From positions 192,001-256,000 of the forward strand of contig CAVVYZ010000001.1 of NCBI GenBank assembly GCA_963752595.1: a DNA stretch of 64,000 nucleotides, written 5' to 3'. Shown here in pieces: positions 10,843-21,531 of this stretch. Source of the DNA: an uncultured delta proteobacterium (GTDB lineage Bacteria > Desulfobacterota > Desulfomonilia > UBA1062). Positions within the stretch are counted from its first letter, which is position 1; every line of letters begins with the position of its first letter. Below the pieces are notes generated by a model. The model saw only the letters and a list, made by a program, of their open reading frames with translations. It made no database searches and was not told where the DNA came from. The translations under genes and the position numbers were made by a program.

Positions 10843-12014
10843 GGCAGCTCCTTGGTCTTGTTCTCTTCTGCGATCCCGGCGACCGCTTTAACGGCGTATT
10901 CAACATCTTCCCTGGTGGTGAAGAACCCGGGGCTGAACCGGACAGTCCCTTGGGGAAAGGTCCCGATGGTCTTATGGGCGGAGGGCGCACAGTGCAGGCC
11001 CGGCCTGGACATGATCCCGTACTCATCGTCAAGCATCAGCGCCGCCTGGGACGGGTTTATTCCCTCGATGGTAAATGATACCACGGCGGTCTGCCTCGCT
11101 GCGTCATGCACCCCGAACATGCGGACGCCCGGGATGGAATCGAGACCTGCGAGGAGGTATGCGGTGAGCGCCTCTTCTTTCTGCCGGATGGTCTCGATGC
11201 CCGTATCCAGGATGAACCGCACCCCGGCATGAAGCCCTGCGATGCCGATCGCGTTCGGCGTGCCCGCTTCGTACTTGTCGGGCATGAACTCGGGCTGGGT
11301 CTCGAACTCCGATCTGCTGCCCGTGCCCCCAAGCATTGGGGAAGAGATCATTTCTTCAAGGCCTTTCCGCATATAGAGGCCGCCGGTGCCCTGGGGGCCG
11401 TAGAGCCCCTTGTGGCCGGTAAAGGCGAGGAGGTCTATGTGCATGTCTTCGACATTGATGGGGAGCACACCTGCGGTCTGCGCGGCATCCACGCACAGGA
11501 GAATGCCCCTTTCCCGGGCAATGGCACCGACTTCAGCCACCGGCATGATCGTGCCGGTCACGTTCGATGCATGGGTGATGAAGATTGCCCTCGTATCGGG
11601 CCTGATGAGGGAAGCAATTTCCTTAGGGTCGAGCTCGCCTGCCTCTGTGCACGGGGCTATGCAGAGCCTCACCCCGTTAACTTCAGCAAACCTTAAGGGC
11701 CGCATGACCGAGTTGTGCTCCATGCTTGTGGTGATTACATGGTCGCCCGGTCGAAGCAGCCCGGATATAACGATGTTGAGGGCCTCGGTGGCATTCTTCG
11801 TGAAGACTATCCTGAGCATGTCGGGAATGCCGAAAAGCTCTGCCAGGGCTTCCCTCGCATCCATCATGATCCGTGCGGCCTCGATGGAGAGCGTGTGGCC
11901 GGACCTGCCGGGGTTGGCGCCCACCGAGCGATTGAACTCCTCCATGGCAGACATCATGCTTTCCGGCTTCGGCCATGAGGTGGCTGCATTGTCGAGGTAC
12001 GTGATTCTTTTCAC
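10839..12014 (-). CDS. Class V aminotransferase, cysteine desulfurase / selenocysteine lyase family
   Basis: YLDNAATSWPKP, EHNSV.RP, DAAQ, FTGHKGL, RPGLHCAP. Confidence 0.92.
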   Translation of the reverse strand: MKRITYLDNAATSWPKPESMMSAMEEFNRSVGANPGRSGHTLSIEAARIMMDAREALAELFGIPDMLRIVFTKNATEALNIVISGLLRPGDHVITTSMEHNSVMRPLRFAEVNGVRLCIAPCTEAGELDPKEIASLIRPDTRAIFITHASNVTGTIMPVAEVGAIARERGILLCVDAAQTAGVLPINVEDMHIDLLAFTGHKGLYGPQGTGGLYMRKGLEEMISSPMLGGTGSRSEFETQPEFMPDKYEAGTPNAIGIAGLHAGVRFILDTGIETIRQKEEALTAYLLAGLDSIPGVRMFGVHDAARQTAVVSFTIEGINPSQAALMLDDEYGIMSRPGLHCAPSAHKTIGTFPQGTVRFSPGFFTTREDVEYAVKAVAGIAEENKTKELP

Positions 12015-12238
12015 AAAAATCTCTTTTTCTCTTTATGCTCTGCGTTTGAGTTCACAGTGTGAAGCTCTGTCGTTATCTTAGGGGGTAGTTCATGGAGCTT
12101 TATAAGTCAAATTCAAAAACGGCATACATGGGGGGTAATTATGCGGATGGATAATACCTGTCATTTTCAGAACCGTTCTCTGCTGCTTTGGAAAGGGTCG
12201 ATTGCGGCCTTCGTATAAGGGACTTCAAAAAGAGCCGA

Positions 12239-13516
12239 TCACGCCCGGCTCCTTTCTCCCGCCCGTTTGGCATCGATCATTTCGAGCAGGGCCTCCAGCC
12301 TCGTGAAGGCGGCCTCTTCGCTGTACTTGCGCTCGTCCGCGTGGTCGACGTCGATCATGACGCAGGGTATGTTCAGCGCTTCCCGGATATTCTTCATCTG
12401 GTCCATCTGCATCAGCGAATAGACCTTGCAGCTGCGGTTGCCGGCAAAGACCACGCCGTCGATCGCATTGCGCTCGATGACCTCCTTCATGGCCTTGCTC
12501 CGTAAGGCAAGGCCGTGGGGGCAGACCGAGAAATTCTGGAGCCGTGCAAGCCAGGCGAGCGGGTCGCGGCCGTCGAATTCGTACGCGTCATATTCCCCTT
12601 CAAGGGCTCCGATGCAGTAGGTGTAGCTTGCCGAGGTGATGTTCGCGCCCAGGCTCCCCAGGCGGGTCGACATCTTTCTCAGCTGGTGCCAGGGCGCGAT
12701 GTTGTCCCACAGGAGCCGGTATCTCTCCTCCGGGACAGGAAAGATGCCGTTTCTGACCTGCTCCTCGGTTTCGTCGGCCAGGAGGCGGTAGTGGTCCAGA
12801 AGCTGCTCTGTCCCGCGGGAGGTAAGCACAGGTGCCATCTGCACGAACGAATCAAAGGCCGTGATGCCCGAGGGCCTGTGCGAGGCAAAGCTTAAGAAAC
12901 GCTTCCATTCCTTCAACGCCAGGCTGGAGAGCCGTACCGATTCCCTTGCCCTGTCGATATCGAATTTCTGACCGCTCAATTCTTCGATGGTCCGGATAAG
13001 GCTGCCGAACTGGGCCATGATATAGGCGAAGTCGTCGGGAAGCTGATTCCCGTAGCAGAACGGGATATCCAGGACAACGTGGGGCACACCCCATGTGCGG
13101 TGGTGGACATCGAACCATTTGACCAGGAGCGAGCAGTTATTGTTGTTGCTGATGAGCAGGTCCGGCTTGGGCAGGCCGAAGGTGGGGGAGTCATTGCCGC
13201 CTCCCAGGACAGTGCCGATATCGATCCGCGCATAGGAGCACAGGTCGGTTGAATATCCTTTAGCCTCGGCTTTTTCGCACAGGAGCGAGCCCACACCTTT
13301 GCCTGCACACAAGGCGGCATGGCTTTCGGGCACGGCATAGACCACGTTGTCGAACCCGGAGAAGATCTCTGCGGGCACGATGATGGCGATCCACACGACA
13401 AACGCTCCCTCGGAGGCCCTCCGGTGCAGGGTGAGGTAATCGTTCATGAGGATCGAGCTGAGCCTCTTTCCCGATGTGTTTTTCCTGAATTCTGTGTGGG
13501 GTTTTTCTTCAGTCAT
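12239..13516 (-). CDS. 2-hydroxyacyl-CoA dehydratase family subunit (alpha-like), second copy
   Basis: PESHAA, DLCSYAR, NNC, RSCK, TRLEALLE. Confidence 0.87.
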   Translation of the reverse strand: MTEEKPHTEFRKNTSGKRLSSILMNDYLTLHRRASEGAFVVWIAIIVPAEIFSGFDNVVYAVPESHAALCAGKGVGSLLCEKAEAKGYSTDLCSYARIDIGTVLGGGNDSPTFGLPKPDLLISNNNNCSLLVKWFDVHHRTWGVPHVVLDIPFCYGNQLPDDFAYIMAQFGSLIRTIEELSGQKFDIDRARESVRLSSLALKEWKRFLSFASHRPSGITAFDSFVQMAPVLTSRGTEQLLDHYRLLADETEEQVRNGIFPVPEERYRLLWDNIAPWHQLRKMSTRLGSLGANITSASYTYCIGALEGEYDAYEFDGRDPLAWLARLQNFSVCPHGLALRSKAMKEVIERNAIDGVVFAGNRSCKVYSLMQMDQMKNIREALNIPCVMIDVDHADERKYSEEAAFTRLEALLEMIDAKRAGERSRA

Positions 13517-14688
13517 GAATGTCTCCTCTGAGCGCTTGAAGCGTCAAGCAGCTGAGCAAACGTTTCGATTCTGGTCTTGTACGAGTCCGGGTCTTTCGTG
13601 CCGTCCGTGCCCGTTTCGAGGAACAGGCTCCTGACTCCCATTTCTTTCAGCATCCCTTCGATGTACGGAAATTCGAAGTATTCGTATTCGCAGAATTTCT
13701 CGCCTATGAAGATGAAGCCTTGGATATCGTTCTGCCTGACAGCCTCCCTGATGATTTCGAGACGCAGATCAGAGGAGGGAAGGATCGTGGGGCAGGGGTG
13801 GTGGTTCCGGTAGAAATCTTCATAGTATGCGACCGGGTCGGGTGTTGCCGCTGCGCAGGAGGCATAGGAGCGTTTTTGTGCTGCGATATCGTTTGCAGCA
13901 ATGACAAGGCTTACGCTTTCCATGCATTCGATGAGATCCCGGGTCGGGGGAAGGATCCCGCTGAGCATGACGGCATGGCGTTTATGCAGGCTGCTGCAGG
14001 CGCTGGAAAGAGGTGCCGGTGATTTCGGATCGTTTCCCGGATCCCCGTCCGCCCCTTCGAGCAGTTTTTCGAGCAGGCCAATGTGGTCTTCTACAGGGAG
14101 CCGGTGCGCTGCCATCAAGGCTTCGGAGCAGTCTGCAAAGCTCATTCCCCCCTCTGCGGCCCGGGCTTCGAGATTCATACTTAAGGCCCGCTGTCTGCTA
14201 TAGAGACGGATGCTCTCAAGGAAGGCCTGTTCGGAGAATCCCCTTCCGGTAAAACCAGCCAGATCTGTGATGAGGCCTTCCATGCGCGCCTCCATGTACC
14301 GGGCAGCTCCTTCCTGATGGAGAGATACAGCGGGTATGTGGAGCCTGAAAATCGGGAGATGCTTCCCCTGTTCCCGCAATGCCCCATCGATGATTTCGGG
14401 GAGATTCCTGAGTGTATCACAGGCATTGTACATGAAGAGGGCATCCATGAGCCCGTACTCATGGGAGAGCACGAACTCGGTCAGGCACCGGGCCACCCGG
14501 CAGGCATAAGGCTGGAGGTGCCGGTCGCTCAATGCAAGTCCTGCCGGGCCCGGTTCCAAGTTCCAGAGCACCACAGGAGTGAGCCCGAAAGAATGCAGAA
14601 GCTCAAGGGGAGGGTAGAGGGGGAAGCATCCGATCAGCATATGGCCCTTTGCCTTCATGCCATGTAAAGAACTCAGAAAGCCGTCCAT
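13513..14688 (-). CDS. 2-hydroxyacyl-CoA dehydratase family subunit (beta-like), second copy
   Basis: PLELL..G, YAC, NACD, KFCE, TRIETF; start set at ATG 14688 after SD AAGGAG; ATGA overlap with partner. Confidence 0.82.
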   Translation of the reverse strand: MDGFLSSLHGMKAKGHMLIGCFPLYPPLELLHSFGLTPVVLWNLEPGPAGLALSDRHLQPYACRVARCLTEFVLSHEYGLMDALFMYNACDTLRNLPEIIDGALREQGKHLPIFRLHIPAVSLHQEGAARYMEARMEGLITDLAGFTGRGFSEQAFLESIRLYSRQRALSMNLEARAAEGGMSFADCSEALMAAHRLPVEDHIGLLEKLLEGADGDPGNDPKSPAPLSSACSSLHKRHAVMLSGILPPTRDLIECMESVSLVIAANDIAAQKRSYASCAAATPDPVAYYEDFYRNHHPCPTILPSSDLRLEIIREAVRQNDIQGFIFIGEKFCEYEYFEFPYIEGMLKEMGVRSLFLETGTDGTKDPDSYKTRIETFAQLLDASSAQRRHS

Positions 14689-14840
14689 ACTGCTCTCCTT
14701 ATTTTCATTCTGCTCTTCCGTTGCCATGCCCGGATAAGAACAAAAAACGAGCGGCAATCCGGAATAATGCACTATAACATACTGTTATATTCATTAAAGG
14801 AGACAGGAGGTGAAAGCAATGGAAATATAAACGCCGGGTC

Positions 14841-15302
14841 CTATTCCCACGCAAAGGTCATGGTCACAGCCTTTTCATACTGCTTCTCGTGCTGGAGGGT
14901 TTCCGATGGGAAGAGTTCTTCAATGATGATGGTCTGGGTCAGAGGCTCGTAGCCTGTCCTGACCGCCCGGAAGGTGCAAGGGGTCTCGCTTTCGAATTGT
15001 GTTGCCCGGATGAGGTATTCCGTCTTTCCGCTCACGGGGGAGAAGATTTTGCATTTGCGGCCACTGATCGACGGTTCTGCCTTGAGTATCATCGAGAACG
15101 GTGTGACACCCTTGAGATCATCACCAATATACACCTGAGCCCCGCTCGGGTTTGATCTGAATTGCACGGTCAGCATCAGGCGGCAGTACCCCCTGAAATC
15201 GTACCAGGATGCCCGGTCCTGGTCATACGGGACATCGCACCCCGCTGCTGCAGCGACTACAAGTCCAAGGAGTATGCTTGATAGGAATATGCTTCTCATC
15301 AT
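14841..15302 (-). CDS. PEGA-domain lipoprotein
   Basis: Lipobox AAGC; SNPSGAQVYIGDDLKGVTP. Confidence 0.7.
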   Translation of the reverse strand: MMRSIFLSSILLGLVVAAAAGCDVPYDQDRASWYDFRGYCRLMLTVQFRSNPSGAQVYIGDDLKGVTPFSMILKAEPSISGRKCKIFSPVSGKTEYLIRATQFESETPCTFRAVRTGYEPLTQTIIIEELFPSETLQHEKQYEKAVTMTFAWE

Positions 15303-15515
15303 TCATGTATTGCCGGGCGGATCATTCTACCCGACGGTAAAAAGAAAAGTCCGTATTTAACTAGCCTTAAGATGTTTATAGAAGGCTGGAGAAAAAACTC
15401 AATACCCGGAGCGATATATGTTTTTAAGATCTCATGAAGAGCCTTCGTACGGGACCCTTCCTGCGTGGATTTTTTAATACCATGTCTTCCGGGCAGATGT
15501 TATTCCTGATAAAGA

Positions 15516-16574
15516 TCAGAATGAGAGGGACAAGGTGAGTGACCCGAATACCTGGCCTTCCTTCTGCTCCTCGAATGTCCTGGTCTTGTATACCTGGGCA
15601 TAGGTGATCTTGTAGCGCGAAATGAGTATCCCGATGCCGGCAACGATATCACCGACAAAAGGCTCTTTCTTGACATGGTGGCTTTCAAGGAAGGTATTCC
15701 CATCCAGTGAAACATCGCGTACTACGGCAGATCCTTCCAGCCCTGCAAAAATATGGGAGCTGAAGCGGGCGGATCTCCCGGAGATGCGCGGGTCCGAATC
15801 ATCGACCGGCGCATTGCTGTCTGATCCGGGCCGGATGATATAGGTGCCGAAATCCTTGGGAAGATTCCATCCGAACCTTGCCTGTGCACCGATATTCACT
15901 CCGGTGTATGCATTCCCTACTCCTATCCCGGCGTGCGGAATCATATCGAGTCCCAGGTCGTCATCCGGCGGGAGATGTGAGAGTCTCCACTTACGTTCAA
16001 AGAAGAGATTGCAGACAGGCTCGTCATCGAGCTGATTGTCCCAACCCCTGGGTATGGGGCAATGCAGTGCCTTATGGAGCTGCTTCTGCACATTTTCGCC
16101 ATAGGAATGGTGGCCGACGATGCCCACATCGAATTCCAGGGTATCCATCATGGATGTGTTCCTGCTGTGAAAACCTATGGCCGCTTCGGTTATGCCTGCA
16201 TATGGCCGGTCGTCATCGATGAGCCCGGTGGATATCGTATTGCGGGGTGTGTAGACCTGATGGATGAGGGAGAGCGAGACGGTTTTCAGATTACCCTGCT
16301 TGTTCACGATGGGAAGATGCTGCACCATGGGGGTGTACCATCTCTCTGTGGCGCTGATTTCCCGGTATTCGCTCAAATCGGGCGAGAGCCAGGTAAACTT
16401 CATTCCTCCCGTATAACCGAAGTCGGTCATGCCGAAAAAATCGTTATCAAAGGAGGCGGTAAAGGTGCTGGTGTTCCTGGCAGTTATGCGGTCATCCGCT
16501 GCAAGTGTGCCGGGAAGCATGCACAAGGCACTGAAAATGATGATATATAGAATCATGCAGGGCAGGCCTGCCAC
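15516..16574 (-). CDS. Lipid A deacylase LpxR family outer-membrane protein (DUF2219)
   Basis: Signal peptide; DND..TD..YT.G, Q.YTP, DRPYAG, GW.NQL; C-terminal Phe. Confidence 0.85.
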   Translation of the reverse strand: MAGLPCMILYIIIFSALCMLPGTLAADDRITARNTSTFTASFDNDFFGMTDFGYTGGMKFTWLSPDLSEYREISATERWYTPMVQHLPIVNKQGNLKTVSLSLIHQVYTPRNTISTGLIDDDRPYAGITEAAIGFHSRNTSMMDTLEFDVGIVGHHSYGENVQKQLHKALHCPIPRGWDNQLDDEPVCNLFFERKWRLSHLPPDDDLGLDMIPHAGIGVGNAYTGVNIGAQARFGWNLPKDFGTYIIRPGSDSNAPVDDSDPRISGRSARFSSHIFAGLEGSAVVRDVSLDGNTFLESHHVKKEPFVGDIVAGIGILISRYKITYAQVYKTRTFEEQKEGQVFGSLTLSLSF

Positions 16575-16817
16575 AGTTCCCTCTCTTTAACAGCGCCCTT
16601 TACCGTCTGCACAGGCCGAGCTGCAAATCCGGATCATGCGGCGCATGTAAGGGTACTTCCGCCACTAAGGATAAGAGGTACTGCCTGCCGGAGAATTTTC
16701 AATCAGGAAACCTGCCCTGGCAGGAGCAAACGAAATACGGTATAATTCCCGGCACAAGCTCCCCATGACCCCTGATTGCCGGAGCCTGTCATACCTGCCA
16801 AAAGGAGCGGTTCGTGT

Positions 16818-17876
16818 ATGGATGAGATCTATGAGCGATTGAGGATGCGTCTCGATGAAATGGCAACCGGCTATCCCGCAACCCCGGGCGGGGTCGAGGT
16901 CAGGCTGCTCAAAAGGCTCTTTACCCGGGATGATGCAGCATTGTTTCTCCGGTTGGGCGATGCCCCCGAGACCGCCCGGGAAGTTGCATCCCGCATCAGT
17001 GATGATCCGGGGTCCGTTGCCGCACGACTGGAAGACATGGCTCTGAAAGGGCTGCTGTTCCGGATCAGGCGTGGAGGTGAGCCCGCTTATCTTCCCATTC
17101 CCTTTGTCGTGGGGATCTATGAGTTTCAGGTGAACACCCTCGATGCGGACATCCTTCAAGACGTCTCGGAATATTATCTCTCCGGGCTCGGCCGATCGTT
17201 TCATTCGACGAAAATACCGCACCTGCGCACTATCCCCATAAACTCCGGCATGGTGTCGGCGCATCCCATCGCCCCCTACGACGATGCAATCGCCGTGGTG
17301 CAGCGCAAGGGTAAGATCGCGGTCGCCGAGTGCCTGTGCCGCAAGGCGGTCCGGATGTACGGCAAGGGCTGCAGCCATCCTCTGGAGACCTGCCTGCAGT
17401 TCGATGCCTACGCCGAGTACTACGTCGACAACGGCATGGCCAGGCCGCTGAGCATGGATGAGGCAATAAGCATACTCAAGCGGAACGAAAAAGAGGGGCT
17501 CGTTATCCAGACCCTGAATTCGCAGAATGTCGAGGCCATGTGCGCGTGCTGTTCCTGCTGCTGCGGCATGCTCATCTCACTCAAGCTCTTTCCTGCCCCT
17601 GCCCGTGAGGTCAAGAGCAATTACGTGTGCGCGGCCGATCCCGGGCCCTGCAGGGCATGCGGCCTCTGCGCGCAGCGTTGCCCCGTGGGAGCGGTCAGGG
17701 TAAAGGACGGAAAGTCGAGCCTTCGCGAGGAGCGGTGCATCGGGTGCGGGCTCTGCGTGAGCACGTGCCCCGAAGGGGCCAGGTCGCTCGTGAAGAAACC
17801 CCCGCACAAGCTCTACACACCGCCGGAGAACGTCTTCGACGCATTCGTCGAAATGAGCAGGGAGCGGGGGAAATAG
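16818..17876 (+). CDS. 4Fe-4S dicluster domain protein with an extra Cys-rich region
   Basis: Two CxxCxxCxxxCP motifs plus CLCR and CACCSCCCG; SD AAGGAG; TATAAT at 16741. Confidence 0.85.
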   Translation: MDEIYERLRMRLDEMATGYPATPGGVEVRLLKRLFTRDDAALFLRLGDAPETAREVASRISDDPGSVAARLEDMALKGLLFRIRRGGEPAYLPIPFVVGIYEFQVNTLDADILQDVSEYYLSGLGRSFHSTKIPHLRTIPINSGMVSAHPIAPYDDAIAVVQRKGKIAVAECLCRKAVRMYGKGCSHPLETCLQFDAYAEYYVDNGMARPLSMDEAISILKRNEKEGLVIQTLNSQNVEAMCACCSCCCGMLISLKLFPAPAREVKSNYVCAADPGPCRACGLCAQRCPVGAVRVKDGKSSLREERCIGCGLCVSTCPEGARSLVKKPPHKLYTPPENVFDAFVEMSRERGK

Positions 17877-17894
17877 GAGTAAAACTTTTTGCCC

Positions 17895-19253
17895 CTAATT
17901 CAGCAGCGTTCGGTACAGCGCCCTGAGCCCGGCATCCGCATTCCGCTGGAGAATCCCGAAGTGGAAGCTCAGCTGCGAGGGCCCCTGATCCACGATCTCG
18001 ATGTTGATGTTTTCCTGGAAGAGTGCATTGGATGCCTTGGCCAGGACACCCGGGGTATTCTTCATGCCGATGCCCACGGGTGAAAGCAGGGAAAGGTCGT
18101 AGCGGATCTCCAGGAAATTCGGTGTCAATGCGGTGGTGAGAGTCTGCTTGAGCTCTTCTGCTTTGTCTACGAGGTCCTGCTGGTCCACGATCACGGCGAT
18201 ATCGTCCTTGTCTGATGGGTAATGGTGCGTGTTGATGCTGTAGTCCTTGAAGATATCGAGCAGTTCCTTGGTGAATCCCACGGTCTCGCCGATCAGATCC
18301 TTCTCGATGTATACGTAGGCAATGCCGTCCATGCGGGCAATCCCGACGGCCGTTTCCCTGGGCGCCCGCGAGCTCACGATCATGGTTCCCGGCGCCGCGG
18401 GGTTGTTGGTGTTGCGGATATTGATGGGGATGTTCTTGTGCTTGCAGTTCATCATGGCATCGAAATGGAAGACATTGAATCCCTTCGATGACAGGAGCCG
18501 TATCTCTTTATACGTAAGCTCGGGGATGACGGAAGCCTCGGGGATGATCCGGGGGTCTACCTGATAGACGCCGTCGGTATCGGTCCAGTTTTCATAGCAG
18601 GAAGCATCGACGGCATAAGCCACTTCCCCGCCGGTGAGGTCCGATCCGCCTCGTGAGAGCACGGCGATATCGCCCTTGATGGTGATGCCGTAATAGCCCG
18701 GGATGACGGCAATGGAATCTTCGTGAAGGCTCTCCTTGAGATTTGCATGGGTGGCCGGCAGCACCTTTGCATTTCCGAACCGGTCGGAAACGATGAAGCC
18801 GATGTCCTCGGGCAGCATGACATCCGCACCCATCCCGGTTTTCTTGAAGTAGCGCGCAATGATCTTGGCGCTGTAGTGCTCTCCGCGGGAGGCAAAGAAA
18901 TCGATGCGTTTCTTGTCGGAGATGTGCGAGGTCAGGTCGGACTCGAGCCCCTCCATGATATCGTCGCCTTCGATGGCGAGACCGGTGATGAGAGACTTGA
19001 ACTTTCCCATGACCCGCTCGTGGCTCTCTTTCGCGCTGATGCTTTTGCCCCGCACCCGGAAATGCTGTCCGTCCGTTGCGATATTGAAGAGGTGATCCGT
19101 GACCTTTTCGGAGTCGTTCTTGTCTTTGCCCGGAGCCGACACCACGACGTAGCGCCGCTTGTCATTCTCCAGTATGATGCGGCGCACCTTCTCGATCTGC
19201 CCCGCATTTGCAACGGAACTGCCCCCGAATTTGCATACGATGTATCCGCCCAT
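17895..19253 (-). CDS. lysC: Aspartate kinase
   Basis: KFGGSSVA, VVVSAPG, SRGE, SRGGSDLTG, WTDTDG..VDPR; C-terminal ACT domains. Confidence 0.92.
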   Translation of the reverse strand: MGGYIVCKFGGSSVANAGQIEKVRRIILENDKRRYVVVSAPGKDKNDSEKVTDHLFNIATDGQHFRVRGKSISAKESHERVMGKFKSLITGLAIEGDDIMEGLESDLTSHISDKKRIDFFASRGEHYSAKIIARYFKKTGMGADVMLPEDIGFIVSDRFGNAKVLPATHANLKESLHEDSIAVIPGYYGITIKGDIAVLSRGGSDLTGGEVAYAVDASCYENWTDTDGVYQVDPRIIPEASVIPELTYKEIRLLSSKGFNVFHFDAMMNCKHKNIPINIRNTNNPAAPGTMIVSSRAPRETAVGIARMDGIAYVYIEKDLIGETVGFTKELLDIFKDYSINTHHYPSDKDDIAVIVDQQDLVDKAEELKQTLTTALTPNFLEIRYDLSLLSPVGIGMKNTPGVLAKASNALFQENINIEIVDQGPSQLSFHFGILQRNADAGLRALYRTLLN

Positions 19254-19379
19254 GGGTCCATCCTCCCTCTTCGTGTGTGCTGCAGGCCTTCTTTAAAGAA
19301 CCTCTGAAGTCCGGCTCAAACAGGGTTTCTATCCTATCTGCAGGCGGAGGGAAAGAGGAAATTGGGGAAAGGGATTTCT

Positions 19380-20414
19380 TTACCCTCCCTTGTGTTCAGA
19401 GGGCTGCTTGCCGTCCGGCTTGGCAATCTGGAGAAGCTGGACGGGAAGCTCGATGCCGAGCTTCCTGGATGCTTCTATATCTACGAAGATGGTGAGGCCT
19501 TGCGGCATGGCCACCGGTATATCTTCAGGCTTCACTCCCTCTTTTAGGATCTTTGCCGCCTGATCGGCCGTGAGATTTCCCATGGCGGCAAAATCCGGGA
19601 ATGTGTAAATGAGCGGGCTGCCGACATTCTTTCCCATGGATGAGATACAGGGTATCCCATGCTCGGATAATATGCCGCCAAGGGTTTTCCCGCGTTCGAA
19701 ATTATTAAGCCTGTAGTATCTGTCAAAGGGAATGAAAAAGGTATCGATCCCCTGTGACAGCATCTCTTCCGCTGCCGGGTTTATGCGCTCCCACAGATTC
19801 AACTGTCTGGAGATGACCTCGATCCCGAGATCGGCAGCCTTTTTTTTTGTTTCTTCCATATAGGCGACAGCATAGTCGTCGTCACTGTGGATGATGCCGA
19901 GCTTCTTCATATTGGGCAGGCCCAGCCGTGCCGTGCGGATGAAATCCTGTGGATTCACATACATGGTCACGCCGGTAAATCCTGGACCCGCCAGCGTTTT
20001 GGAAGCGCAGCCTACGGTCTCCGGGAATTCCACACAGGTGAAAACAAGCGGGATGCCTGCCTTGACGATCTTGAGCCTGGAAAACTTCGTTGCCGTGGTC
20101 CCGATGGTGATGACAATCCGGGGCTTCCTGTCTATGATCTCTCCGGCCATGAGCTTGACCTTCATGAGGGTCCTTAAGTTTTCCCACGTGTATAACTCGG
20201 CCTCAGGATTTGTATCGATGATGGTCCTGTTGATCTTCACGTCGTTCCCGAGGATAAGGCCGTTCCTTTCAAGTCCTTTGAGGATTCCCTGGTAGGCCTC
20301 TTCGAAGGTGTTCAGCCTGCTCACCTGGAGAACCTCGATCTGATAGACGGCCGCTGCCCGGCAGGGGATGGAAAAGACAAAAAGGAGTATCATGGCTGGG
20401 ATGATTCTTTTCAT
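19380..20414 (-). CDS. Orphan ABC transporter substrate-binding protein
   Basis: Signal peptide; IGT.A, IP.VF..V, TGV, KIL.G.KP.DIPV; no permease or ATPase adjacent. Confidence 0.75.
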   Translation of the reverse strand: MKRIIPAMILLFVFSIPCRAAAVYQIEVLQVSRLNTFEEAYQGILKGLERNGLILGNDVKINRTIIDTNPEAELYTWENLRTLMKVKLMAGEIIDRKPRIVITIGTTATKFSRLKIVKAGIPLVFTCVEFPETVGCASKTLAGPGFTGVTMYVNPQDFIRTARLGLPNMKKLGIIHSDDDYAVAYMEETKKKAADLGIEVISRQLNLWERINPAAEEMLSQGIDTFFIPFDRYYRLNNFERGKTLGGILSEHGIPCISSMGKNVGSPLIYTFPDFAAMGNLTADQAAKILKEGVKPEDIPVAMPQGLTIFVDIEASRKLGIELPVQLLQIAKPDGKQPSEHKGG

Positions 20415-20544
20415 TGCTGATTCCTCTTCTCGGAAGAAAGGTGATCTCCTGTAATAGATAATTTACCATATCCGAGATCAGGAAGGAAATATCCATTCTT
20501 TAAAGAGTGTGAAAAGGGCTGATCTTTTTAAGCCGCGGGATTTT

Positions 20545-21531
20545 TTAGATTCGTGAGGCAAAGAAATAGGTTAAAGCCGAGATGCCGGCAGATCCCGGGA
20601 TGGTCAGGATCCATGCCCATACGATACGGCCTGCGACTCCCCAGCGGACTGCACTCATGCGCCGGAGCGAACCCACGCCCATGATGGAACCGGTGATCGT
20701 ATGCGTGGTGCTCACCGGGATGCCCATCATGGTGGATATGAAAAGGCTCACCGCTGCGCCTGTTTCGGCGCAGAACCCATCGACGGGTTTCAGTTTGGCT
20801 ATTTTCTGCCCCATGGTCTTTACGATGCGCCATCCGCCGAACATGGTGCCTGTTGCTATAGCTGCCTGACAGGAAATGACCACCCAGAAGGGGACATAAA
20901 ACGTCTCTCCAAGGAGCCCGGCAGAAAACAGCAGGACTGCAATGATGCCCATGGTCTTCTGTGCGTCGTTGCCCCCGTGCCCCAGGCTGTAGAGGGCTGC
21001 CGAGATGAGCTGTCCCTTTCGGAAGATATGATCGACACTCCGCGGGGTGGATTTTCTGAGGGTCCAGTATACCGCGATGCCGATGGCCAGACCGAGCAGC
21101 AGACCCACGGTAGGTGAGATAAAAATGAAGCTCACGGTCTTCAGGATGCCTTTCGCCACGAGAGCCTCCGGCCCGGCCTTGACCAGGGCGGCTCCCACCA
21201 TGCCGCCGATCAGCGCGTGGGAAGAACTTGTGGGCAGGCCGACGTACCAGGTAATGATATCCCATATGCATGCCCCGACGAGCGCGGCCAGGATGAAATC
21301 GGGACCGATGATACCCATATCTACGATGCCCTTGCCGATTGTGTTTGCCACGTGCAGCCCAAGGAAGAGGAAGGCGATGAAGTTGAAAAATGCTGCCCAA
21401 ATCACTGCCTGCCTCGGGGTGAGGACCCGGGTGGACACAATGGTTGCGATCGAGTTGGCCGAGTCGTGGAAACCGTTTAAGAAATCGAAGGACAGTGCCA
21501 GCAGGATCAGGAAGAAGATATAGAGCGACAT
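20545..21531 (-). CDS. pit: Inorganic phosphate transporter, PiT family
   Basis: NGFHDSANSIAT, GLPTSSSHAL, HGGNDAQKTMG, PVSTTH. Confidence 0.93.
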   Translation of the reverse strand: MSLYIFFLILLALSFDFLNGFHDSANSIATIVSTRVLTPRQAVIWAAFFNFIAFLFLGLHVANTIGKGIVDMGIIGPDFILAALVGACIWDIITWYVGLPTSSSHALIGGMVGAALVKAGPEALVAKGILKTVSFIFISPTVGLLLGLAIGIAVYWTLRKSTPRSVDHIFRKGQLISAALYSLGHGGNDAQKTMGIIAVLLFSAGLLGETFYVPFWVVISCQAAIATGTMFGGWRIVKTMGQKIAKLKPVDGFCAETGAAVSLFISTMMGIPVSTTHTITGSIMGVGSLRRMSAVRWGVAGRIVWAWILTIPGSAGISALTYFFASRI

